From contig NC_042999.1 of assembly GCF_006345805.1 (NCBI RefSeq), forward strand, positions 31,248,001-31,312,000: a DNA stretch of 64,000 bases, read 5' to 3'. Of the stretch, positions 52,975 to 64,000 are shown piece by piece. The notes beneath the pieces were generated by a model, which was not told the DNA's origin, made no database searches, and saw only the letters and a program-made list of their open reading frames with translations. Position 1 is the first letter of the stretch. Every line of letters starts with the position of its first letter. The position numbers and the translations under genes are program-made. This DNA is from Octopus sinensis (lineage: Eukaryota).

Positions 52975-53840
52975 CATAGTTTTTAAACCCCCACCAACAA
53001 TAATTAGTTATCACTAGCAGGTGGGTTTCCAATTTATCCGTCGACAAAGACTCTTTTGTTAAAGCCAACGTATATTATAATCGTGCGTTACCGATGACCA
53101 ACTTCAAGAATATCCAACAGTATATTGGACCAGGCACACAGAAATAAAGACACATAAAGAAAATAAAAACTATCGTTCAATCCGTCTTTTGGCATGAATG
53201 TTGCTGGTAACATAGCTCGGAAATTCTGAATACTAGTAGGTAACCTTTCTTACATTCACCGAAATACCACAAAACCTTCAGCAGGAACACCGTTACAGTT
53301 AATTATATTTGCGTTCCAAATATTTGGTCCACAATACTTAATCACAACAAAGATAAACAAACCAGAAACGCCCTAGAAAACAGTGCACCTTGAGATGTCT
53401 AAACCGCTGCCCTCTAAACGACATCTGTTTTCAGAAAGAACTCGAAAACCAGGCCAAGGTCACGGACTCCAACAGTATACAAAAGGCTTATATTGGAAAG
53501 ATAGGATCTCGTTCAAAGAAACGTGTACGCAACACCTTCCGTCAGTCAGAGATAAAAACGGAAAAAATATGCAAATTCCCTATCAGATATAATATGGAAA
53601 CTGAAAGAAGATGGGTTATACCAAACCCCAGATAGAGTAAAAAATTATTGCTAAAGCCAAAAAATACAGATATGGGGCACCAAATATGAAGTCTGCATTA
53701 CCGCAAATTTAAATATTATGCACTCAAGAGCCATGTAAAACATTAGGAATGAAACCTTATCTCCCTGCATACATAGGCAATATTTTAGAAACGAGGGTAA
53801 CTACACACGAGAAGAACCCTACCAGAATAATCGTGAATAA
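52975..53840 (+). mobile_element. Penelope-like retroelement 3' ORF (RT thumb/linker plus GIY-YIG endonuclease), decayed
   Basis: Ordered motifs across frameshifts: KPPPTII / SRWVSNLSVDKDSFVKANVYYNRAL / FNPSFGMNVAGNIARKF / YHKTFSRNTVTVNYICVPNI..ILNHNK / CPLNDICFQKELENQAKV..KAYIG (YIG at 53489-53497)..KKR / IIWKLKEDG / KIIAKAKKYRYG / EVC / RNETLSPCIHR; stop at 53838-53840. Confidence 0.88.
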
Positions 53841-53879
53841 ACATAGCACACATCTTCACACAACAAAGGAAAATATACA

Positions 53880-54074
<195 letters not shown>

Positions 54075-54174
54075 NNNNNNNNNNNNNNNNNNNNNNNNNN
54101 NNNNNNNNNNNNNNNNNNNNNNNNNNNNNNNNNNNNNNNNNNNNNNNNNNNNNNNNNNNNNNNNNNNNNNNNNN
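54075..54174. other. Scaffold gap (100 N)
   Basis: Exactly 100 N flanked by TA repeats; typical placeholder for a gap of unknown size. Confidence 0.98.
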
Positions 54175-55348
54175 CTTTCTCATAATTATGTACACACACA
54201 TATATATATATACATATTTAAGAATTGTACTAACAAGAAAATAATACCTATGTTCAGGCATTTTATTAGCAAACGCCTTGAAATATATTTGAAACTCAGC
54301 TATTTTTACCCAATAAGCAATAGCATGTAGAAATTCATCAATCCGAAAACGCAATGGGCAATCTTCCTAGTCTGTCTGACACGCATCACATGTATCTGCC
54401 TAAATTCGTATTAGGAATATCGCCAATGCTACATACATATAAAACTTAAATTTGTTTCACTAGATGCTCAAGTATAGCTTAAGAATAGCCAGTTATACAC
54501 TGACATAAGCCTTAGGGAGTATATCCATAAATCACTGCTTCTAAGGAAATGCTTATTCACATATATAAGTAAATAGAACGAATCGCTAACTATTTTTAGA
54601 TTGCAGGAGATTATGGAAAAGAAAATAAATCGAAATTGTCTTATAGGAAACATCTGTAAAATACATTGATTCGAGGGGAATACGTGCATGGATTTAAATA
54701 GAAGCTTTTAAGAAGATCAATAAACCCTCAAGTCTCTTCAGTAACTAGTTAAAATAAATACGTACACAGCTGCACCCTTGCCAAATTTCCTATTCGATCG
54801 ATCTTGTATATGTATTAAATTCATATAGTAGCTTTAAGGATAGAACGTAAGAGAAACAAATGTTTTATGTTTTACCTTATGGTTTTCTTTCTAATTCCTC
54901 CAAAGTTTGGTACTACTTCCTGAACTCAGGTTATTATAAGAGCCTCACTGTAGACTTAAAACATTGTAAGTATTCGTTTTTTCCTTATAAGTGTTACCTT
55001 TACATTTAATTTGCTTTAACAAAATGATCCCTGCGTAGCCTCTTTGGGACAGGTTTTCTAGGCTATTAGTCAAAAAAACCAATTGTTACAGAAATTTGGT
55101 CGGATAAAAAGTGTGTGAATACGTACAAGTGGAGCTGTTTGTCTTTCGAGATTATGGGTTATAGTCTGCCCACACTTATTATAGCTGACTGGACTACAGC
55201 AAGAGTAAACACGGCGTCATTCCGAAGATCACAGCATACGACACCATGCAGTAAATGAAACCCACATTATAATAATGAAAATCTAAAATTACTCAGCAGA
55301 GGCCTATGCATATAACGCTCACATGCACGTGTATATATATATATAATA

Positions 55349-55383
<35 letters not shown>

Positions 55384-55727
55384 AACACAAATACATACAT
55401 ATATACATATAACTGTTTATGTATACGTGTACCGATGTATATATATTTGAGTGAAATAATAGTGCTTTTCTTTCCATATTTAAAGTCAGTTTGTAGATGT
55501 CGAGGCAATGCTAATAAGCAATAGGGGAACACGTGCTTTACCCGTGCTTTTATTAAATATGTGTGCTAAAAGTATTTTTCCGAAACACACTTCTCTACAT
55601 AAGGTCAGGGCATTCATTGCTTCTTCTTCATATCTACACATACACACACACACACATCCAGACCCACACATTCATACACATATCTCAAGTATACATAAAA
55701 TAAGTGACTGAGAGAGAGAGAGAGAGT

Positions 55728-55761
<34 letters not shown>

Positions 55762-58129
55762 CAGGTGTATCAGTCTGAGGCTCGGGAAAATGTATCCACA
55801 CGAATTACTCCAATCTTATCCAGATACAATATGTCGTGCGTAGACTCGACAGCTGTCACAAAAATAAATTACAGGGGTAATTTTGATAATAATGTTTGAA
55901 TAAAAAAGTTACTACAGAAGATTGTTTCTACAATTATTTAAATGTAAGTGAAAAAAATGTAATTAATTTGATGCATGAAATTTCCATTGTTTCGAGCCCT
56001 TACCTTAATCTAAAAGAAAATTAAAAAAAGATAACACACAGTCTCATTGCTTGACTGCAGTCAGTGTAGTTTTAAAGATTATGAAATTCATCTCTGCATT
56101 TGCGTTAAGTCTGTATAAAACTCTGGTTAGTGATTCATAAAGAAAATTAATTGATTTTCTTGTATAGTCAACCAAACTTTGAATATAAAATACCATTTAT
56201 CCTCGAGGAAGTTTACATTTTAATTAACCTCGGCTACTAATCATTAAATTTCAATTTATCTTTTTCGGAGAACCGACTTGAGAGCAACAGTAGCGATTTT
56301 ATTGTCGAGCGCATATTAAAACTTGATGTTACAACATATGCTGTTTTCAATCTGTTACTAAGTATTTATGCCTAATTATTTTCTTTATGTGAAGTTAGGG
56401 CATTCATTAATTCTAGTTTAATTTTATGCTTATATCGATATCTTCGTGGATGAATAGCCAGTAAAAGTATTTCTGACGTCATACTTTTAAAGTTACACAT
56501 TGAATTTAAAGTAATTATTAATTATATTTCGGAAAACAAAAGCGTATGTTTAATGGACTTCATACAATAGGAGCCAAAACTATGTTTGACATTACATAAT
56601 TTACTGGTTGTTAATTTATATTTCTGAAATAAGAAAACAACCGTCAAATAACGACTGGAATGTCTTTCATTGTAAGACTGATGCATTAGGAGTGACAGAA
56701 TGGTATAATTTAAAATCAAAACAATATCTAAAAGCAAATAACAATGTGAAGTGTTTCGTTTGGACTGTTTCACAGAGATTTAAACGGTTGAGAAATTACT
56801 ATAATACAAATGTATAAAAAATAAATAATAATCGCAGAAATATTGCAATTTCGCCGTCAGAAAATGTTATATGAGATCAAAGGATTGTGAACTAAAAGCT
56901 GAGATAATATGACCTAAAATTCCTATGATCTTATGCAACTTTTAAGATCCATGCCAATCTCTACAGCATTCCTATAATGAATGATATTGCTGACATAAGC
57001 ATTTTATTGCCATTAATTTTCAGTTTTCTTGATATGCCTCTAATTTGGGGGAGTTTTATACCTTTCGTAGCAATCAAATTCATACATAGAACATTAGTTA
57101 CTCACTAGTTTCCTTATATAATTTAGAAAAAAATTACTTGAAACTGACACGAAAGATTCTGAATTGATATAGTTGCGATAGTAAGAAAGTACTATCTACA
57201 TTTGAGTCTAAACACAGATGAAATGTCACGCTGTTTCAAGTGTTGTATTATAATGATTTAAAGTATCAGAATTATTACTTCTTAGCGAGGATAAGTACGT
57301 ATGATAAGGTTTCCATGATCTTAGAGACTAATGTCTTTTCAAAAGTGTAAAGGCTGTAACCTTTGTCGCCCGATCTTGAGAAGAGGTTGAGAATGTGGAT
57401 CGATATGTGAAAATACCAAAGCACATATTTATCTCATTGGGGGAATTGATGAGAGATTAATGAATAATCGATATATTACCATGAAAGTAGGAGTAAAACC
57501 ATGATCTTCCTTCATGCTGAATATCTTATGATTCTTCTTATTGATAACAAGATATGTTCATAGAATCGATCGAAGTAAAAACCTTTGCTAAATTCACTTC
57601 AAACAATTCTTAATCGCAATTTTCTTGGTGAATATTGCTTAATTTACGCGTCATTTAGCTTCGATATAGCAGCACTTTTTATGTGTATTGTAGATAATAG
57701 AGTTATTTTCGGGCTAAAATCGTTTCGTATCTCTCCAATTAACATTAAAATATCTCCCGTGTATCTTGGCAACTCTGCAATTTAGCAATAATGTTTCATT
57801 CACTTGATGTATTTCTAGATTTATATATACATTTTATATTTTCTGTGGTCATGAAAAATACAACTCATCAATATCTTCAGAATGTCGACAAATTTCTAAG
57901 TCATTTATCGCTGTTGTCAGGTTCTACATATTTCTTCTAAATATGAAACATTCGCTCACATACAACCATACACATTGTTACGTTTGTATACTCAATTCAA
58001 ATTGCCGTTAAATATACATGTGTTCATATATATATATGTTAGTGTGCATGTGGATGGGTGATTGTAGATATAAATCTAAATAGATATGTCCATGTGTTCA
58101 TACAAATGCAAAGGCATGTGCATATTATG

Positions 58130-58432
58130 TAAGCCATGTATATATATATAATATATATACATATATATATATATATACATATGTATGTATGTATATATAT
58201 ATACATACATACATACATATATATATACATATATATATATGTATATATATGTATGTATGTATATATACATACATATATAGATATACACACATATATATAT
58301 ATATACATGTATATATACTTACATATATATACATATATATATATATATAACATATATATATACTTACATATATATACATACTTATATATATACATATATA
58401 TATATATATAATATATATATATATATACTTAC

Positions 58433-58469
<37 letters not shown>

Positions 58470-58521
58470 CATATATATATATATAATATATATATATATA
58501 TACTTACATATATATACATAC

Positions 58522-58565
<44 letters not shown>

Positions 58566-58612
58566 ATATACTTACATATATATACATACATATACATATA
58601 TATACATATATA
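58130..58612. repeat. (TA/CA)n complex microsatellite
   Basis: Directly visible. Confidence 0.95.
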
Positions 58613-59140
58613 ACGAGAAGCTTACGAAAATAAACAAAAGACGAAGGCAGGTGGAGTACAAAAAAACAATTGTATAGTATGGCGCTCAGGAATAGGAATA
58701 AAACAAGTCTTTTACGTTTCGAGCCTACGCTCTTCAACAGAACGATACACAGAAAAGAAAGACGGAGAGAAACAAGGAGAGAACAAAATGCGTGCAGGAG
58801 CTAACGATTTAACATGGCGGTCTGATTTCGGCCAGAAGTCAGAGATCAGACGTTAGACGCAAGAGGGATAGTAGGGGAGATAACAAGGTCAAATGACCTC
58901 GCCCCAACATAATGGTGCGTGTGTGTATGAGAGAGTATGTATGTGCGTATGAAAGATCTGGACGTTGTATGTATGTATGATGTGATGTGTAATGTCGTAT
59001 GGTGTAGTATAGTGTAGTGTGGTGGGAAGTGGGGAAAGTCCATGTGGTGTGTGGGTTCGGCTGTGGGTTGGGGTAAAGTCGGAGATTGTGGGGAGAGTGA
59101 AAGTGGGAGGTGGGTTGTGGGTTATATACACATGTGGTTT
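58612..59140 (-). mobile_element. Probable Penelope-like terminal-repeat remnant with a hammerhead-like motif
   Basis: Minus strand tcgtt-CTGTTGAA-GAGC-gtag-GCTC-GAAAC-GTA-aaagac (58745-58707) follows the PLE minimal-hammerhead layout; no ORF recognised. Confidence 0.45.
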
Positions 59141-59515
59141 TGGCTGTTCCAGCTTGTGGTAAGGAACAGGTGATTATAAGAAAACGTGTAGGAATATATA
59201 AGTGAAAATTTATGTATATCCTGAGTGCATATATGTAAACGAATACATCTAATTTTAAACACACACATAAGTATATGATATATGTACAACATAGCACATA
59301 TATAGTTACAATATATGATCGTGGAAGTACGAATGTAGAGAGGCTAACATACAAGCAAAACTATATTATAACAGTCAATGTTTTACATAGATGTAAGTTG
59401 TGGCTTTTAAAATATTATGTAAAATTAGTGCAATAAGTGGTATTTGATGTAAACTGCACGAATATTTATTGAATTTCTACAAAGTTAAATTGAAAGCATC
59501 ATCCTGGTGATAAAG

Positions 59516-59587
<72 letters not shown>

Positions 59588-59719
59588 ATATATATATATA
59601 TATACCCGTGTGATTGTGTATATATGGCTCACACATATCCGACAATAATAATTTTTCTTTTAATAAGCTCAACACGTGGAATTTGTGACGTATCTTGTCA
59701 AATAAATCGATGCTCGTGT

Positions 59720-59868
59720 TTCACTCATACTTATAATATCAACCCCGAAATGATAAAAGTCAAAGTCAAAACCTACGGAATTTGAACTCAGAATGCAAAG
59801 CCGAAAGATATGCCGTAACGTAATTACATTTTCAGGCGTGCTAACCATTCTGCTAGTTTGCCGCATTA
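59720..59868 (-). mobile_element. SINE type A, degenerate
   Basis: Plus strand atcaaccccgaaatgataaaagtcaaagtc..cggaatttgaactcagaa...gtgctaaccattctgctagtttgccg. Confidence 0.7.
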
Positions 59869-62367
59869 TATCCAACTTAGTACTGTCTTATATGATTGGT
59901 ACATTGATGCTAAGAGCACCATGAATCTAGGGTTTCCATTCGAATCTATATATGATTTGCTTTGATGTCAATATGTAAATTATAGGTATTATTTCATTGA
60001 TTTGCATAGGGGCCTACAATGCTGTTAAGATGGCCCTGATCCAACCACAATAATCGTTCATAACTATATTATATTACTCATCGAAAACGCTATCTTGAAA
60101 ATTGACTAGGACGCATTTTATTAATCTCTAAGAATTTTAGTTACAGGTACATCATTAAGTGAATCTATATAAATTTAAACTGGGTTAGTAAATGAAGGAA
60201 TTTCAATGAGGAAATACATTACTGTAGCAGATGATGCCTGTAGACACAGAGTTGCAAGAACATACTTAATAACATTTTAATCTGGAGAAGTGTGACCTCA
60301 TACGCTGTGACTTCAAGTGACACATATTTCTTGGCTTGTTTTCTCACTCCCCTTGCACAAAACCGTTGCTGCCAAACCAAACACTGCATTATTAATTGTG
60401 TATAGCAACATTTCCATATGTTAGCCTGACACACACACAAACATTTCAATTAGAATTTTACACACCAATTCTGGTCAGTGAAAGCTTTTCAGCCACTGAA
60501 CACACCCTACATTTACTGTTTCAACTTGCTAGTATTAGCAGCCAAATCTATCTCAAATCACACCGATTTCTTAAAAGAAGCTATGATACACTAGGATAAT
60601 TTACTACTAGATTTATTATACCTGAAAGCCAAACGAGGTTGCCAAGGGTGATAGATTTTCATTATAAATCAACGTAACCTCTGACATCATGTGTTTCACT
60701 CTCTGTCTACTCTTAGACAGCTGAGATGGTGATTTACTCCATGAATCAAGTCGTGACATTGCCTATCTGCCCATCAAATACTATCATGTTTTTTCCTGAG
60801 ACATATTCCAGTTTGAGAAAAGTGTATGGAACTGTTCAATATTCTATGAATACTTGGTTTTATATCTTTCTTAACTCTATCTGAAAGTGATAAACAACAT
60901 TCTATTTTTGAAATAAAAAATTACGTGAAATTAAGAATAGCATTTTTTCAAAATATATGTTTACAGCAGCAAAGTACAATTCATAAAAATACTTGACAAA
61001 ACTTTCTTCGTTTATTGCATTCGAAAAATATAACCAGTAAATTTAAAGTAATATTATTCATGAATAAATAATATTCACATCAAGATTTTTTCTCAGAAGA
61101 AAAAAGCAAAATTTACATAGGAATATATATGTAATAATTTAGTTGATACAATATATTCAGAGAATAACATTTTACAGAAAATTCCTGAGGCCAGAAGACG
61201 TCTCACAATGAAGCATCATTTTATATATTTTGCACCACAAAGGAGATTCTAATTAACTTATAAAGGAAAACAAATTCTATTGAAAGTTTCGCTTTGCATC
61301 ATGTGAGTCGGTCTCAAATTTGAAGATGGTATAAAATGACTAAAGTCCTTATGGAAATACTTACAGATGAATGAAACACAAATAAACAGAACTACAGATA
61401 TAGACGAGATAAAAGTTATATGAATGTAGCCTGAAGTATGTGGTGAATTCAAAACCGTATTTTCAATGTCAAGCAATATCATCTTTTTTTAATTTATAGA
61501 GTGAATTCTTGACACGAATATAACACGCGTTTATAAATATTCATATACATACGCATTAACACGCGCACTTGAACATTAATATAACCGATGTCATGCAACG
61601 CAGTGTAGAGGAATTTTTGTCTGACACGAAATAAGGCGGTATCTCAAGAGGTCACACGTGAACGCACAACAGGGAACATTGCACATACATCTATCAACAG
61701 CACCATGACATGAATATTAGGCGACCAGTTCCCAAAACACCAACTTCTTGTCCCCTATTTTACTTTAATCTCAATTGAAAACACTATTACACCAACACTT
61801 ACTCAATTAAACACATGGTACACTACATCCCACATGCGAGTATATACTTGTTAGCCAGCTCTCTTTTAATTATTCCCAAGCAGTCGTTCTAGTACTCTCA
61901 CGAAATGTATAACAGCGTAGCACTAAACTAGTTTCACACTTACCAGCACACACAGACGCACACACACATGTACACCCACACAGACATACGCACAAACGTA
62001 GGGGCAAATGGCAGCGAACCTTCAGTCGGTGGAGTACTCAAGTGCTTACAAAATGCACCATGAAGATGCAATGTATTTACGTACGTCATTATATACTTGG
62101 GTGACACGGATTTATTAACGAATATTATTCATAACTTTGCCTCTCATTTCCTCCCTCTCACTCTTTATATAAAGCTATATATACACATGAATATATATAT
62201 ACATATATATACTCATATATTTATGTATATATATATGTATATATATATATATGTGTGTATGCGTGTGTGTGTGCATATTGTGTATATATATACCTTCTCT
62301 CATTCCTTTGTTTTATTTGTTTCAGTCATTTGACTGGGGCCGTACAGAGGTACATACATACATACTA

Positions 62368-62426
<59 letters not shown>

Positions 62427-62469
62427 AAAGTACAAAGTGAGATAGGGGTTATATTGGTTAAGCAATATT

Positions 62470-63500
62470 GGTTAAGAACAACAGTCAGAATACCAGGAAT
62501 AGCAAAAACAAGTAAAACCCCCACAACAACAACAACAACCAGGAAATCATGAAAAGTAACAAGCTAAAGGACAACAACAGTCAGAAAATCATGAACAGCA
62601 TCAACAACAGGAAGAGCTACTCCTAAATTCTAGCATAATTGCTGATTTACTGAACGATAGCACCTCTTGACCTCTCTGTCATTCACCACTCTCACAGTAG
62701 CCACCACAATTATCATCATCACCACCGCTGCAACCATCCTCTTCTACCACCTGAAATACTAAAGACGAACCACTGCTTTCTTCTCCCACCTCGCCACATC
62801 AACCGTACTCTATTATGAAAAAAAAAATAGTAGCGGAATGTGTGCCCTACGACACTAAGAAGAAACCCACAAAATATGCCGTTATTCCCTATATTACACG
62901 CTCTGCACACGTACTGACTGCATCTTTACACATCGACTTGACACTAGACGTACACTCCAGACAAACACTACCAGCCAGGGCCAAATAATGCATCACAATA
63001 TCATCAGCACCACCAAATAGTAAATTGAATGTTTAAACACGCATAACACGGGATGTCAGAATCTGCCGGTATTCCCAACGCGAGAAACTGTCTGCCGCGT
63101 GACCGTCCCTTTGCTCATCTTCCAGGACACGACGCATTAACAGAATTAAGGCCTTCAAGCCAACACATAAACCGCAGTAATATCATTGCCTACCGTAGTA
63201 ATACTGATCCAGTCTTTTCACGAAGACGCAACAACAACAACAAAACACAGCAAAAGCGGAAACCACAATCATATCCAACAGTGCAACCGCACTTCCAGTG
63301 AAACTGCTCCCTACGCAGGAAAATTCTTTTTCAGCCATGTTAAACCTGAGAAAAGAGATACACAAAACCTTTTTAGCAACCGCTCAATACCTACCTATGT
63401 TCTTTTCCCAGTGCACCAAATCCCCACATTCCTGTCAGTAACACATATTCAGAAAAAAGCCCCCTGCAACAGTCACAACCTGCCACTAGGCTAGCCTCCA
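62470..63500 (+). pseudogene. Decayed ORF: Q/P/S-rich region plus two CCCH zinc fingers
   Basis: 62871-62933 encodes KICRYSLYYTLCTRTDCIFTH (C-x8-C-x4-C-x3-H); 63058-63118 encodes RICRYSQREK-(frameshift)-CLPRDRPFAH with the third Cys codon as CGT; the upstream frame EQQSEYQE*QKQVKPPQQQQQPG... has scattered stops. Confidence 0.55.
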
Positions 63501-63693
63501 CATTTGTATTTAATGTACAATACGAAGGGTTATTTCTCCCTAAGCAATAACTCTGTCATCGGGTTGGTCATGTCGTTCGGTTCCTGATTTGAATCACTTT
63601 GCCAGGTGGTGCTATTAAGTTGGATATGGCCTGTGGCAATATTGGCCGAAACCTATCAAATTACACACACACACACACACACACACATAAATA

Positions 63694-64000
63694 CTCTTTT
63701 ACTCTTTTACTTGTTTCAGTCAATTGACTGCGGCCAAGCTGGAGCACCGACGTTAGTCGAGCAACTCGACCCCGGGACTTATTCATTGTAAGCCCAGTAC
63801 TTATTCTATCGGTCTCTTTTGCCGAACCACTAAGCGACGGGGATATAAACACACCAGCATCGGTTGTCAAGCAATGCTAGGGGGACAAACACAGACACAC
63901 AGACACACACGCACACTCATATATATATATATAATATTATATATATATATACATATATACGACGGGCTTCTTTCAGTTTCCGTCTACTAAATCCACTCAC
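63694..64000 (-). mobile_element. SINE type C, running off the window end
   Basis: ttacttgtttcagtcaattgactgcggccaagctggagcaccg...gccgaaccactaag...-(CA)n(TA)n-gacgggcttctttcagtttccgtctac. Confidence 0.92.

Noticed and set aside
63618-63662. GGCC-loop-GGCC-GAAAC, resembling hammerhead stem II plus GAAA
   Set aside because: No CUGANGA core, no GUH triplet and no stem I; too degenerate to call

Overview
AT-rich, repeat-dominated eukaryotic genomic DNA. The SINE types and microsatellite landscape suggest a cephalopod, probably Octopus (inferred from pattern recognition, not a database search). I cannot support any intact host protein-coding gene. Nearly all listed ORFs are translations of (TA)n, (CA)n, (TATG)n or (AAT)n tracts. 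Recognisable content: (1) about 19 copies or fragments of at least four modular tRNA-derived SINE types, including nested and tandem insertions, two with clear target-site duplications (TSDs); (2) a decayed Penelope-like retroelement (PLE) 3' ORF with a GIY-YIG endonuclease at 52975-53840, plus two further PLE-like end remnants; (3) a near-complete type I hammerhead ribozyme motif at 44652-44705 and two degenerate hammerhead-like motifs; (4) two non-autonomous Helitrons with shared termini, one hAT-type non-autonomous element and a mariner transposase fragment; (5) a decayed ORF with two CCCH zinc fingers at about 62.5-63.5 kb; (6) an isolated 65% GC CpG island at 16.63-16.85 kb; (7) a short telomeric-repeat insertion flanked by an 8-bp duplication; (8) a 100-N scaffold gap.
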